64,000 nucleotides of DNA from an uncultured virus (IMG/VR IMGVR_UViG_3300044977_000112). Its lineage: Duplodnaviria > Heunggongvirae > Uroviricota > Caudoviricetes. Shown here in pieces: positions 9,648 to 19,432 of this stretch (the first letter of the stretch is position 1; each line of letters begins with the position of its first letter). Both the position numbers and the translations under genes were made by a program. The notes beneath the pieces were generated by a model. The model was not told the origin of the DNA and did no database searches. It worked only from the letters and a program-made list of their open reading frames with translations. Location: the IMG/VR virus record IMGVR_UViG_3300044977_000112. One strand, written 5' to 3'.

Positions 9648-9676
9648 TTGACAGGTGTGTATAAAGAGCGTACCAT
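9648..9676 (+). promoter_or_regulatory. Sigma70-like promoter
   Basis: TTGACA-17-TACCAT upstream of ATG 9684. Confidence 0.6.
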
Positions 9677-9683
9677 TTCTTCC

Positions 9684-9821
9684 ATGCAACGAGTCAACTA
9701 CCATTTGCCTGAACCAGTTCACGCCAAACTCAAAGCATTGGCCGAAAAACTCGATATGTCCGTGGCTGAACTGATTCGTCGGGCCGTGGAAAAGTATCTC
9801 AAAGAGCAGGCCAAGAAATGA
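9684..9821 (+). CDS. CopG/RHH transcriptional regulator (45 aa, not in ORF track)
   Basis: MQRVNYHLPEPVHAKLKALAEKLDMSVAELIRRAVEKYL. Confidence 0.85.
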   Translation: MQRVNYHLPEPVHAKLKALAEKLDMSVAELIRRAVEKYLKEQAKK

Positions 9822-11425
9822 CTACTGCCATGCTTGAACCTCCTGTAATCGTCTTGGAAGGAGTTTACTGCACGCTCACCGATCAGCACGGCAAGAAGCC
9901 AGCGCGGTATCGAGTTCGGCACTTGAAAGATCGGCAATACTCTTTCTGGAAGATTGAACGAGAAGGTGATCAGGCCGGCAAGACAATGCACATTGCCGAC
10001 CTTGCGACAATGAGGTGCATGTGTCGATACAAGCAATTTCGGAAGTCTGACGGGAAATACTGCCGACATTTACTATTCGCCCAGGAACTGGAGACTGAAA
10101 TGAAGACTGACGTACCAGACGCTTACCCATACCCCGAACAGGAGACTGCTGAAATGAACGACGCGACACCCGAACCAGCCACGATGGTCGTCTCGAAACC
10201 ACAGGAAGCGGCGATCGCCGCGCCAGAAAAGCCGCCGACTCATCTGATCGAACTGGCTATTAGCAAAGGGCTCACGTCGCCGGAGTATCTTGACAAAATC
10301 ATGGCGTATTTGCGGGAGGAGCAACAGAGAATATCCGAAAGTCAATTCACGCTGGCGCTGGCCACGGCTCAGGGCGAGCTTTCTCCAATAGTTAAAAGAG
10401 GCAGCAACCAGGGCAAAGCGTACCCAAAACTGGAAGACGTGCAAGAAGAAGTCACGCCCGTTTTCTCCAAAAACGGTTTGGCTTTCTCCTTCTATGAAGG
10501 AGAGGCGAAAAAAGAATCGGATATGCGTGTCTGTTGCCTGATCAGGCACATCGGCGGCTACAAGCATGAATATTTTTTGGACTTGCCGATGGACGGAGTG
10601 GGAGCGAAAGGGAATGCGAACAAGACCCCAATTCACGCCAAAGTAAGTGCGGCCTCTTATGGTCAACGCAAGTTACTCCTGATGATCAGCAATCTCCAAG
10701 CTGTTAACGAGGATAAGGATGGAGGGCCGATCCAGGAAGAGCAGACAAAGGCCCCGGCCATGAGCGCGGAAGAGAAACAGGAGCAGACGGACGAAGTTAA
10801 TGCGATCCACGAACTAGTTCACGAGCTGCGATTCGTGGATCGGTTATTCGAGGATGGCTTGAAACAGAATTACGGCGTCAAGTCCGTGTGGGATCTGACG
10901 CGCGACCAGCGTAAGGAATGTTGGGACCGGTTGCAAACCTACAAAGCGAAGAGTCCTCCGAAGAAGGAGGGTGAGAATGGCTCAAAAAAGTCGTCTACGC
11001 CTGTGAACGCGACGGATGCAAAAGCAACGCCATCTGGGGTGAGCGCTGGTGCCGAAGGTGCCTCAACGAAGATACCAGCGTCATCGGAGGGTGAGCAACG
11101 CGTCCCAAAGTCCACTACGCCTGTTGGCTCTTCTGCGATGTCGAACGGAACGGGTACTGCGACTCCTGCGGGCCAGTCTGAACTCGACAAGCAGGCGTGG
11201 GCAATCGCCGTGAACGACTTGTACAAGGAACTCGATGCCAAGGGAGCGACTTACAACGGGCAGATGATGCGGCACGGCTGGCAGGTGTGCGGATTCGACA
11301 AGGATAAAGACCCAGTCACACCGACGGTCAACCAAATGACGGTCGATCAGATCAAGCATCTTACTCGGCTGGTCAAACAGGGTGGAATGAAACCGCAAAC
11401 GGAGGTGGCCGCGCATGGCTCATAA
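9818..11425 (+). CDS. ERF-family single-strand annealing protein with N-terminal SWIM-like finger
   Basis: ALATAQGELSPIVK..YPKLEDV..KNGL..LIRHIGG..SAASYGQR..DKDG; CMC..CRH at the N-terminus. Confidence 0.8.
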   Translation: MTTAMLEPPVIVLEGVYCTLTDQHGKKPARYRVRHLKDRQYSFWKIEREGDQAGKTMHIADLATMRCMCRYKQFRKSDGKYCRHLLFAQELETEMKTDVPDAYPYPEQETAEMNDATPEPATMVVSKPQEAAIAAPEKPPTHLIELAISKGLTSPEYLDKIMAYLREEQQRISESQFTLALATAQGELSPIVKRGSNQGKAYPKLEDVQEEVTPVFSKNGLAFSFYEGEAKKESDMRVCCLIRHIGGYKHEYFLDLPMDGVGAKGNANKTPIHAKVSAASYGQRKLLLMISNLQAVNEDKDGGPIQEEQTKAPAMSAEEKQEQTDEVNAIHELVHELRFVDRLFEDGLKQNYGVKSVWDLTRDQRKECWDRLQTYKAKSPPKKEGENGSKKSSTPVNATDAKATPSGVSAGAEGASTKIPASSEGEQRVPKSTTPVGSSAMSNGTGTATPAGQSELDKQAWAIAVNDLYKELDAKGATYNGQMMRHGWQVCGFDKDKDPVTPTVNQMTVDQIKHLTRLVKQGGMKPQTEVAAHGS

Positions 11426-11810
11426 CACCGCCCGCACGCAAAAAACCATGCGGGAATTGGCTGATCCCAACGTGGAAAAGACCAATGATAAAATCAATGC
11501 CAACTGGCGATTCCCCAAGAAGACTTTTACCTTCGAGATCACGTATTACGATGAAAAGGGTAAATTTTATCGTTTGGTTCAGTACGACTACAAGGCTAAT
11601 ACGGATCGAGAAGGTTGCCCGAACATGAACGACGTGGCCGCGCATATTCGTGGCCTTCGTGATAACGCTGGTCAAGCCGCTTTGCCCGGGATGGATAGTG
11701 GCGACGATTTGTATAAAGAAGGTTGGCGCGGATTTATCCACATCCGCTGGCGGGGATTGTCGATCCTGGTTCTTCCTGTCGATGGATACCAATATCAAGG
11801 ACGTAACTAA
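11415..11810 (+). CDS. Hypothetical protein
   Basis: ITYYDEKGKFY pattern; GGAGG RBS. Confidence 0.55.
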   Translation: MAHNTARTQKTMRELADPNVEKTNDKINANWRFPKKTFTFEITYYDEKGKFYRLVQYDYKANTDREGCPNMNDVAAHIRGLRDNAGQAALPGMDSGDDLYKEGWRGFIHIRWRGLSILVLPVDGYQYQGRN

Positions 11811-12119
11811 TACACGCCAGGAGCGGGTAAGCCTGACTCGTGGTTGGGCGGGAATCGCGACGTGATCGTAAAAGTGGTTCCGCCCGCTCCTGGTGTTTTT
11901 GAAACGGAACGGGGAACTCATCTCCGCATCCGCATTTGAACCACACCGCCGAGCGGATCGGTGGTTTGAAATTTCCGAGAGCAATTGCTCTGCCTCAATC
12001 GCTTTCGGGATTGTCGGGTTCTGGTTGGTCCGACTAAAACATGGCAACCAGCAGCGTGTCTCCCGTGCTGTCCCAACGGGGGAGTTTTACTACCTATTTT
12101 TTGACAGGAGACTACTGAA

Positions 12120-12632
12120 ATGGGACGCTTTAGCCACCGACTCAAGGAATTCGATCGAGGATTCAAGCCCGCGGAAGGAGGGGCGAACCGGCCGGGGCTC
12201 GATGGACTGGAAGATGGGAGCTATGAATGCGAGATTCTTGGAGCGGAACTCATCGAAACGCCGAACACGGGTCAGTTGATCCTCAAATGGGACATCCGAG
12301 TCCTTTCCGGCAAGCATGCGGGATACAGGTGCGAACGGCCGACGTTCCTGGAATCTCAAATGAACATCGACTACTGCGGGGCCGATTTCAGGACCCTGGG
12401 TTTCGACGTGGACAACTGGGGCACTTTTTCCGACGAGATCGAGGAAGCCATACCGCGACTGGCCGGCTTGAAATTCCGGGGGAAAAAGGTCACCAAAGGC
12501 CAGTACCACAACCTGTACATCAACGAACTGATCTCCGGGACCGGCTCGAGCCGCCCGAAAGCGACTGCTCAACAATCCGGTGGCGTGGCGGATTACCAGG
12601 AACCGGCGGCCGGCGAAAAGCCGATGTGGTGA
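12120..12632 (+). CDS. DUF669-like ssDNA-binding protein
   Basis: LEDGSYECEI..AEL..LKWDIRVLSGKHAG; tail ending KPMW. Confidence 0.7.
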   Translation: MGRFSHRLKEFDRGFKPAEGGANRPGLDGLEDGSYECEILGAELIETPNTGQLILKWDIRVLSGKHAGYRCERPTFLESQMNIDYCGADFRTLGFDVDNWGTFSDEIEEAIPRLAGLKFRGKKVTKGQYHNLYINELISGTGSSRPKATAQQSGGVADYQEPAAGEKPMW

Positions 12633-12705
12633 TCTGAAGACTTGTCGGCACCATCCATCACGGATGGTGCCCTTTTTATAAACGGAACGAAGACTATCGG
12701 ACCTT

Positions 12706-13563
12706 ATGCCAAACCTCAAACACGTAGTTGGTTTTTCGGGCGGGATCGACTCTCAGGCTTGCGCTGGGTGGGTTCTCAATCGTTTCCCGAAAGAGGATGT
12801 GATTCTGATGAATTCGGACGCTGGCGGAAATGAGCATCCGTTGACGAGCGACCACATCCACTGATACTCAGAAAACGTTCACCCTGTTGTGATGATATCC
12901 CCAATTGTGGCAGACATGGACGGTCGGAAATCCGCTGAGATTGCCCGGCGGGGTTTGAAGCCAACCGACCCGCTTCAATTCGACCTCTTGGCATCGCTTA
13001 AGAAGTGCTGGCCCACTGGCACGCAGCAATTCTGCACGACGCACTTGAAGCTCGAACCGCAACGACGTTGGATACGCGAAAACTTGGCAGACGTTGCAAT
13101 CACTCGATATTCCGGGGTTCGTCGGGACGAAAGCCAGCGCCGTAAAGACACACCAGAACGAGCATGGGACGAGTATTTTGACTGCGAGTTGGTTTGCCCT
13201 CTTGTGGAGTGGACCAAGGATCAATGCTTTCGGTTTGTAAAGGATCGAGGTGAGAAAATCAATCCGCTCTACACAATGGGATTCTCGCGGGTTGGATGCG
13301 CTCCATGCGTAAACAGCAACAAAGCAGAAATACGTGAATGGGCGGCACGATTCCCCGAGATGATAGACAAGGTTCGAGAGTGGGAGAAAAGAGTCAACAG
13401 ACCGTTCTTCCGCAAGGACAAGACCACCGATCCTGATATGTGGATCGACGATCAGGTGAAGTGGTCGCAAACCGAGCGGGGCGGAAAGGTTTTCGGACTG
13501 CCTTTTGTTGAGATTGAGGCTCAGAGTAAAACTTGCGTCAGCGTTTACGGACTGTGCGAATAG
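12706..13563 (+). pseudogene. PAPS-reductase-family protein with internal TGA (12862-12864)
   Basis: HVVGFSGGIDSQA PP-loop is in frame with CTTHLK, GVRRDES..R and NPLY..GFSRVGCAPC. Confidence 0.85.
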
Positions 13564-13648
13564 TCAAACCGAACCCCATCGTCGAACGGAATTTGCTAGA
13601 ATGCCCCAAGTCCGAATCGCTTGGGGCACTTTCCAGGAACTCACGCCA

Positions 13649-13873
13649 ATGCCAGCGACCGCAACCGAGAATCCGTGGCGAGAAGCGTTGCAGTCATTGC
13701 GACGACGAAAAGGCTGGACGCAAGTCGAAGCTGCCGCCGCCTTCGGAGTAGCTGCCATCGTTTGGATTTCGTGGGAAAACGGTCTCAGAAAGCCTGGAAA
13801 AAACAATCGGAAAAGACTCAAGGAAAATTACGGAATTTGTGTTGAAAAGTATAAGACAAAGTATAAGGTGTGA
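13649..13873 (+). CDS. XRE-family HTH protein
   Basis: LRRRKGWTQVEAAAAFGV....WISWENGLRKP. Confidence 0.85.
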   Translation: MPATATENPWREALQSLRRRKGWTQVEAAAAFGVAAIVWISWENGLRKPGKNNRKRLKENYGICVEKYKTKYKV

Positions 13874-13911
13874 GGCACCGAACGATTTTTTTGTCGCGCT
13901 GGGATGCCTCA

Positions 13912-14391
13912 ATGTCCGATCAATTTGAACCGCCGAAATGTTTGCACCCGCGATTCCACCTTTGTAAATTCACGCAAGTCAATGGGATAGTTCTGTATCG
14001 CGATCAGTGCTTGACCTGCGGAGCGGTCTTGAAAACTCATCCCAAGGCAAAAATTGTCACTTCGATCAATACTGCCAAATTGCCGCTGTGGGACGATGGA
14101 ATCGGCAAAAGATGGTGGCAGGAGCGAGCCAAATTATTCGAGGACCATCGTCAGGAAGAAAGCGACGAATGGTGGCGGAGATATGAAGAGTATCTCGAAA
14201 CACCAGCCTGGCAACAGATCCGGGAACGCGTGCTGGAACGCGACAACTGGGTATGTCAAGGCTGCGCCGTACGACCAGCTACGGAGGTTCATCACCTCAC
14301 TTACCAGCGACTTTTCCGGGAAATGCTTTTCGACCTGATCGCAGTCTGTAAACGATGCCACAATAGTATTCATTCGGCCGGGGGAAAATAA
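13912..14391 (+). CDS. HNH endonuclease
   Basis: VLERDNWVCQGC...EVHHLTY..LIAVCKRCHNSIH. Confidence 0.9.
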   Translation: MSDQFEPPKCLHPRFHLCKFTQVNGIVLYRDQCLTCGAVLKTHPKAKIVTSINTAKLPLWDDGIGKRWWQERAKLFEDHRQEESDEWWRRYEEYLETPAWQQIRERVLERDNWVCQGCAVRPATEVHHLTYQRLFREMLFDLIAVCKRCHNSIHSAGGK

Positions 14392-14392
14392 C

Positions 14393-16294
14393 GTGTCGAA
14401 CCCCTGGCACGATAAAGCTCCAGAATTGGCGAAATGGGCATTGGCTCGCTACTTCGTCCGTTTCGATCGATATGGGGGCTACTACTACTACGATGGCGGC
14501 ACAAAGCCGCGGAACAAGCCGCCGAAAAGCACCGAACCCAATTGCGTCAATCTCAGACTCCTCGAGCGTCATTTCCGCGCCCATCGAACCGAAGATGTGA
14601 TCGGGGCTCATACTCTCAATCTGGATGACGTGGGACTGTATTGCGCCGCCGACATCGACGCTCATCCAGGCGTTAAAGTCGATCCCGTTGCCAACGAGAA
14701 ATTCGCGCTGTCGATCGACGCTGATCTACGCCGTTTCGGATTTCGACCATTGACCTACGAATCGAACGGCAAAGGCGGCTTCCATGTCGTTGTTTTCTTC
14801 TCGGAACGGGTGAAAGGGATCGCCCTCTTTCGTTTCGGCAAATGGATCGCTCGGAATTTTTCGGTTTATGGGTTTGAGAAAGTTCCCGAGACCTTCCCAA
14901 AACAAGCCAAAGTTTCATCCAGCGGCAAGGGGTTCGGCGGATGGCTGCGTGTCATTGGACGGCATCACAGTTACGATCGTGATTTTTGGCCGCGGGTATG
15001 GGATGGGACTGCATGGCTTGAAGGAGAATTGGCCCTCAGTCATGTTCTTTCTTTCGGCGGCGACAGTCCGGAATTAATCGACCCGTTTTCCAGATTCAAT
15101 CGCGCCAGCACCATGCAAAGCATCGGCGATCTACTTGTACGACACGGCTGGGAATTTCACGGCGAAAGAGACGATCGGCACGATTACCGCCGGCCGGGGA
15201 AAAAAGAAGGAGAAGGGCAAAGCGGCAACATCAAGATTTTTGAAGGCGTACCGCTCTTTTATCCATTCACGAATGCCACCGAACTTACCCCAGACAAGGC
15301 CTTAAACCCTTCTCAACTCCGCGGCAAGCTGGAATTCAAAGGCAACCATGCGGCTCTTGCGGAAGTTCTTTGGGAAGAAATCTTCGGCAGTCCGCTTTCG
15401 CCGAAAAAGAAAATGGCACATGAACCGATTGTCATTGATGACGCGCCCTCGGCGAATGGCTCTATCCCTCCCTCGGCGGCATTGCCGATACCACCAATTC
15501 GACCGGCGTCTCCTCCCCAAACGAACTCGGCAATCCACATCATCCTTGCCCAGATCTACCGGAAGTATCGGCCCGATTTCCGCCGGGATGAACTCGTTCA
15601 CGCCAAAGATGGCCGGATGTTGACTGCCGCGGCAATGGGCCGCGAGCTCCTCGATATTGAACTCGTGGAATGGCTTAAACAGGCCGATGATGCGCCAATT
15701 GATAAGAACAACAAATTAAAAGAATCGGCAATCCCGGGTCTGTTTAAGACGTGGTTTCCGGTCGCCTTTGGTGAGATGTTCAGCAAATTGCCGCTCGAAA
15801 TAGATGCGAAACTAGAGCCGGATTCAGTATTCGATGAAGAATTCCGGGATCTCGTTCGTAAAGCGATGTTCATTGAGGTAGCCTTTGTCGTTGAATCAAA
15901 AGAAAAAAGAGAAGCCTCCCAGCAGCGGGAAAGTATGATCACCTGGTGCGTCATGGAAAGAGAAAAAGGCCATGACTGGTATCAAATCAGGTCAAAGCTC
16001 TGTTGGGTTAAGAAATGTCGTAACGACGAAAAACCAGTCATTATCGAGCATTCCGGGGAGTGTATTCCGATCAAGGTGGCAATTCGTCATGAACTGTTCT
16101 CCCAGCTTGGCGCGAATCGTCATCTGGTTTCTTTACCGTTCCGTACTTTCTCGGCACTGGCCGAGAAATACAATGTCGGAACCTCATCAAGGTCCGACCG
16201 TCCGAAAGGGCTTCAAGCCGTGGTTTTTAACCAAGAATTCCTGACTACCATTATCTCTCAAAACAGCCTAATAAAAAAATCAAAGGATTATTAA
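14393..16294 (+). CDS. AEP primase-polymerase (TOTE-like) replication protein
   Basis: ADIDAH, ESNGKGGFHVVVFF, ETFPKQ, GFGGWLR; RRPGK zinc-binding-like domain. Confidence 0.8.
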   Translation: MSNPWHDKAPELAKWALARYFVRFDRYGGYYYYDGGTKPRNKPPKSTEPNCVNLRLLERHFRAHRTEDVIGAHTLNLDDVGLYCAADIDAHPGVKVDPVANEKFALSIDADLRRFGFRPLTYESNGKGGFHVVVFFSERVKGIALFRFGKWIARNFSVYGFEKVPETFPKQAKVSSSGKGFGGWLRVIGRHHSYDRDFWPRVWDGTAWLEGELALSHVLSFGGDSPELIDPFSRFNRASTMQSIGDLLVRHGWEFHGERDDRHDYRRPGKKEGEGQSGNIKIFEGVPLFYPFTNATELTPDKALNPSQLRGKLEFKGNHAALAEVLWEEIFGSPLSPKKKMAHEPIVIDDAPSANGSIPPSAALPIPPIRPASPPQTNSAIHIILAQIYRKYRPDFRRDELVHAKDGRMLTAAAMGRELLDIELVEWLKQADDAPIDKNNKLKESAIPGLFKTWFPVAFGEMFSKLPLEIDAKLEPDSVFDEEFRDLVRKAMFIEVAFVVESKEKREASQQRESMITWCVMEREKGHDWYQIRSKLCWVKKCRNDEKPVIIEHSGECIPIKVAIRHELFSQLGANRHLVSLPFRTFSALAEKYNVGTSSRSDRPKGLQAVVFNQEFLTTIISQNSLIKKSKDY

Positions 16295-16608
16295 TATGAT
16301 TTGGTCGAGAATTTGAAAACCAAAGTAATTATGAGAAGATTCCCTAGCTCCTGCTTGAATGTTTTGGTTTTCAGTTATTAGACCAAGATAATAATGTCAT
16401 AAGTATTGATTCAGTAAAGAATTGTGTTTGGCTTTCACCGCGTACGCACGCGTGAGAATATCACACACACACACATAGTCAGATCAGAAGGGATTTCTCA
16501 CGTACGCGTGCGTGACGGGAATAAATACAAGAGGCGATGAATTATTAGTCGAGGCTAAACCCCCGAACGAGTCTGATTCCTTTTCCTTAACCCTTGGAGC
16601 TTGATTCC

Positions 16609-17169
16609 ATGCCTACCACGTTCACATTCGCCGACAAGCAGATCAAAAGTCTCGTGACCGAAGCTATGGACGCCTGGCACCCGTTCCTGGTCGAGGCCGA
16701 TGTACAAGTCGGTATCTTGATGGCCAACAATTCCGACGGTCCGGCTATCAAGCACGGCGGCTATCCCGCGATGGCGACGATGAAAGTTGTCGGCCCCAGG
16801 GATCGGCTGGCCAAGCGCTACGAAGCCGAACTGTGCATCGACGCCCTGGACTGGACCGATCTGCCCGAAGAATGTCGAATGGCTCTCCTGGATCATGAAT
16901 TGAGCCATATTTCCATCATCCCGCTGTCTCCCGAACGAGTTCTTGACGCGAAGAGAAAAGGCAATCCTTGGTGGAAAGTCGATGCTCAGGAAAGACCAAA
17001 ATTGAAATCAGCAAAAGGCTCATGGAACGTTGGGGACGGTTTTGTGAATGTGGTCGCTCGTCACGGCAAGAACGCGGTGGAGTTCCGAAGCCTTAATGAG
17101 ATAATGGCGGTTGCCAAAGCGGCTTTGGAAAAGGGTTGGCATCCGGAAGAAGTGGGGGTCGAAAAATGA
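16609..17169 (+). CDS. Putative phage metallopeptidase
   Basis: W..L.E..RMALLDHELSHI (HExxH). Confidence 0.75.
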   Translation: MPTTFTFADKQIKSLVTEAMDAWHPFLVEADVQVGILMANNSDGPAIKHGGYPAMATMKVVGPRDRLAKRYEAELCIDALDWTDLPEECRMALLDHELSHISIIPLSPERVLDAKRKGNPWWKVDAQERPKLKSAKGSWNVGDGFVNVVARHGKNAVEFRSLNEIMAVAKAALEKGWHPEEVGVEK

Positions 17170-17828
17170 TCACGCCTCTCTGCGAAATTCCACCGGAGCC
17201 ACGCCCGCCCGCGGGCGAGTTCACCCCGGTCAAACGCCGGGGCGGCAAGCCGCCGAAAGCGCCCGGCACCTGTCGTTCGTGTTCCTCGAGAATCGAGCCG
17301 GGATCGGGTAGATACTGCCTGGTCCACTGGAACCGGCACAAAGACAGGTGCAAGCGGGCGAATGCCAAACACAGGCCCAGGCAGCTCGAGCCTGTGGTGA
17401 TGGCAGTAACACCGGCCCGCGAAGAGGCAGAGCCATTTTCGCCCCTCTGCCGGCATCCAGGCTGCACAAACATTCGCACACAGGCTCGGGGCCTCTGCGC
17501 CCGGCACTATTACGACCTCGCGGTACGAGCTCTCTATCCAGCCAAGCAGCGTGGCCCAATGGCCAAACGCGCCAAAGAAGGCGCCTTATGCGCGCACTGT
17601 GGCCAACGACCCGCCACACGCCCCCGCATGCTCTGCAATCTCCATTACACTGATAAGTTAATCAGAGAGTTGTATCCTATCTGCCCCGGAGCCGAGAGGT
17701 CGGGGAGCAATTACCGGGAAGAGACAATGGCCGACCTCGACGCATTGGTGGCCGCGAATTATCCAACGATGCCTTCAGCCATCGCTGAACGCGGGGATGA
17801 CAGTCCAAGAATTCGGAGAATGCGATGA
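17166..17828 (+). CDS. Multi-Zn-finger protein
   Basis: Repeated CxxC...RGLCxxHY units. Confidence 0.65.
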   Translation: MITPLCEIPPEPRPPAGEFTPVKRRGGKPPKAPGTCRSCSSRIEPGSGRYCLVHWNRHKDRCKRANAKHRPRQLEPVVMAVTPAREEAEPFSPLCRHPGCTNIRTQARGLCARHYYDLAVRALYPAKQRGPMAKRAKEGALCAHCGQRPATRPRMLCNLHYTDKLIRELYPICPGAERSGSNYREETMADLDALVAANYPTMPSAIAERGDDSPRIRRMR

Positions 17829-18007
17829 CGGGGCCAGGGATGGTTAATGAGGATTAAAAGCGCACCGTAAGCGATAGGTTCGCGAATAGAGGACTAAAGT
17901 ATCTTTCCTGTGGGATAGGATGGTTTTTGGATTTCGACGCAAGGAAGGGCGGTTTTTGAGCGATTGATGGGGTTTTAGAAGTGACAATTCTCGTACCAAG
18001 GTTCACA

Positions 18008-18748
18008 ATGACCTGTTTAACCACCCGGTATATATTGTTCCAATCTATATTGGAAAATCCAGCTGACGATACGTTACGGTTGATTTATGCCGACTGCTTG
18101 GATGAGTTGGTAGACAGCGAATCGGAGTGCGCGATGTGCAAGGGTACGGGTAAATTGCCTATTTATCCGCACTTTTGGACTGCCCCAAAAAAGAACAAGG
18201 ACCTCACCTGTGGCACCTGTGCTGGTTCGGGCCGCGTCATCTACTGCACGAATACCGCCCATGCAGCGATGATACGCGATGGAGTGGAGAACGGCGGCTA
18301 TGCGCAATCGGTTGGACGAGTCGGCGAAGCGGCAACTGCGAGAGATGGTAGCGTCTTTCTCGCCTCTGCTATTCCCGGCGTTGCGTTCACCGTGAGACGC
18401 GGGTTTGTGGATGAGATAAGTTTGAGCTTGGGGCGATTCACCGAATTGTTTAATACTTGCGATGGGACGCCGCCTACACGGCAGGAATTCAAGGCAGAGA
18501 TGCGGTACCGCTATCCGTGGCCGTTGACGCGCGTTCGCTTGACGGATCGGATTCCCGAGGCGTGGCCAAACTTTTTCCTATGGCATCAGGTCCCCGAAGC
18601 CCAGAATAGAGCAGGTTTGCCTTTGTGGTTATGGCAACGATTGCCAGCATCGACATTCCATACCTCACAGCTTGCCTTAAATGCTCTTTCCCGAGCCGCT
18701 GTCTCGTGGTTCCGTGAGGTGTGCGGTTTGTCGGAGATCAAATCGTGA
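18008..18748 (+). CDS. TIGR02996-domain protein with DnaJ-type Zn finger
   Basis: ILENPADDTLRLIYADCLDE; CAMCKGTG..CGTCAGSG; RRGFVDEI. Confidence 0.85.
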   Translation: MTCLTTRYILFQSILENPADDTLRLIYADCLDELVDSESECAMCKGTGKLPIYPHFWTAPKKNKDLTCGTCAGSGRVIYCTNTAHAAMIRDGVENGGYAQSVGRVGEAATARDGSVFLASAIPGVAFTVRRGFVDEISLSLGRFTELFNTCDGTPPTRQEFKAEMRYRYPWPLTRVRLTDRIPEAWPNFFLWHQVPEAQNRAGLPLWLWQRLPASTFHTSQLALNALSRAAVSWFREVCGLSEIKS

Positions 18749-18979
18749 ACTGTTGTCACCCCGAATGTCAGGCCTTTTCCTTGATCCGGTTCGAATCATG
18801 GGGACCAGCTACTCGACGTATTCTCGACGTTGGCTGGCTCTGGCGCGGTAGCCGGGCCAGCTGTCCGCTGCATTGGACACCTCAACCATCAGAAGAAGAT
18901 GTTCCGATCATCGTGGAGAATATTGTGGAAATGCCGATGGGTTTGTAGGATGATGGGCTGGTGGCCCAGAGGCACAATC

Positions 18980-19411
18980 ATGGATTTTGAAGGTGATATA
19001 CCGTTTGCCGAATCAGTCGAAGGGGGAGACTACAGCGTTCCTCAAGCCTTCCCCGTTGATGATTCCGGACACCCCAGTATCCCCGAACTTCACGGCCGCA
19101 CACCTACCCACAACGAAGCATTCCTCATTGGCGGCGGAGTAGTCACCGCGGCCTCGTCCAACGTCAAAGAATTCTGGTGGAACTGGCAGAATCATAGATT
19201 GTTCGTTGAATTCTTGAACGGGACTCTAGGATATTACAGTGGAGTATCCTTACCCACAGCAGTGAAGTTCATTGAGACAGATAGCCCAGGCCGTTTCGTC
19301 CACAACTACCTCAAGGACAATCCGGCCTACCCCTGGACACGAATCGTTCGCGGCACGAAAAAGAATCCGGCACGACAGATCGTCAGACTGAAGAGCGGTA
19401 GGATACCATAA
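18980..19411 (+). CDS. KTSC-domain protein
   Basis: SSNV...LFVEFLNG..YYSGV...DSPGRFVH..LK. Confidence 0.8.
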   Translation: MDFEGDIPFAESVEGGDYSVPQAFPVDDSGHPSIPELHGRTPTHNEAFLIGGGVVTAASSNVKEFWWNWQNHRLFVEFLNGTLGYYSGVSLPTAVKFIETDSPGRFVHNYLKDNPAYPWTRIVRGTKKNPARQIVRLKSGRIP

Positions 19412-19432
19412 TTGTGATGGAATTAGTGAACA

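Noticed and set aside
8557..12864. Genome-wide stop-codon reassignment or selenocysteine
   Set aside because: Two different stops are involved, TGA and TAG end many well-defined genes normally, and no suppressor tRNA or Cys-equivalent context is seen.
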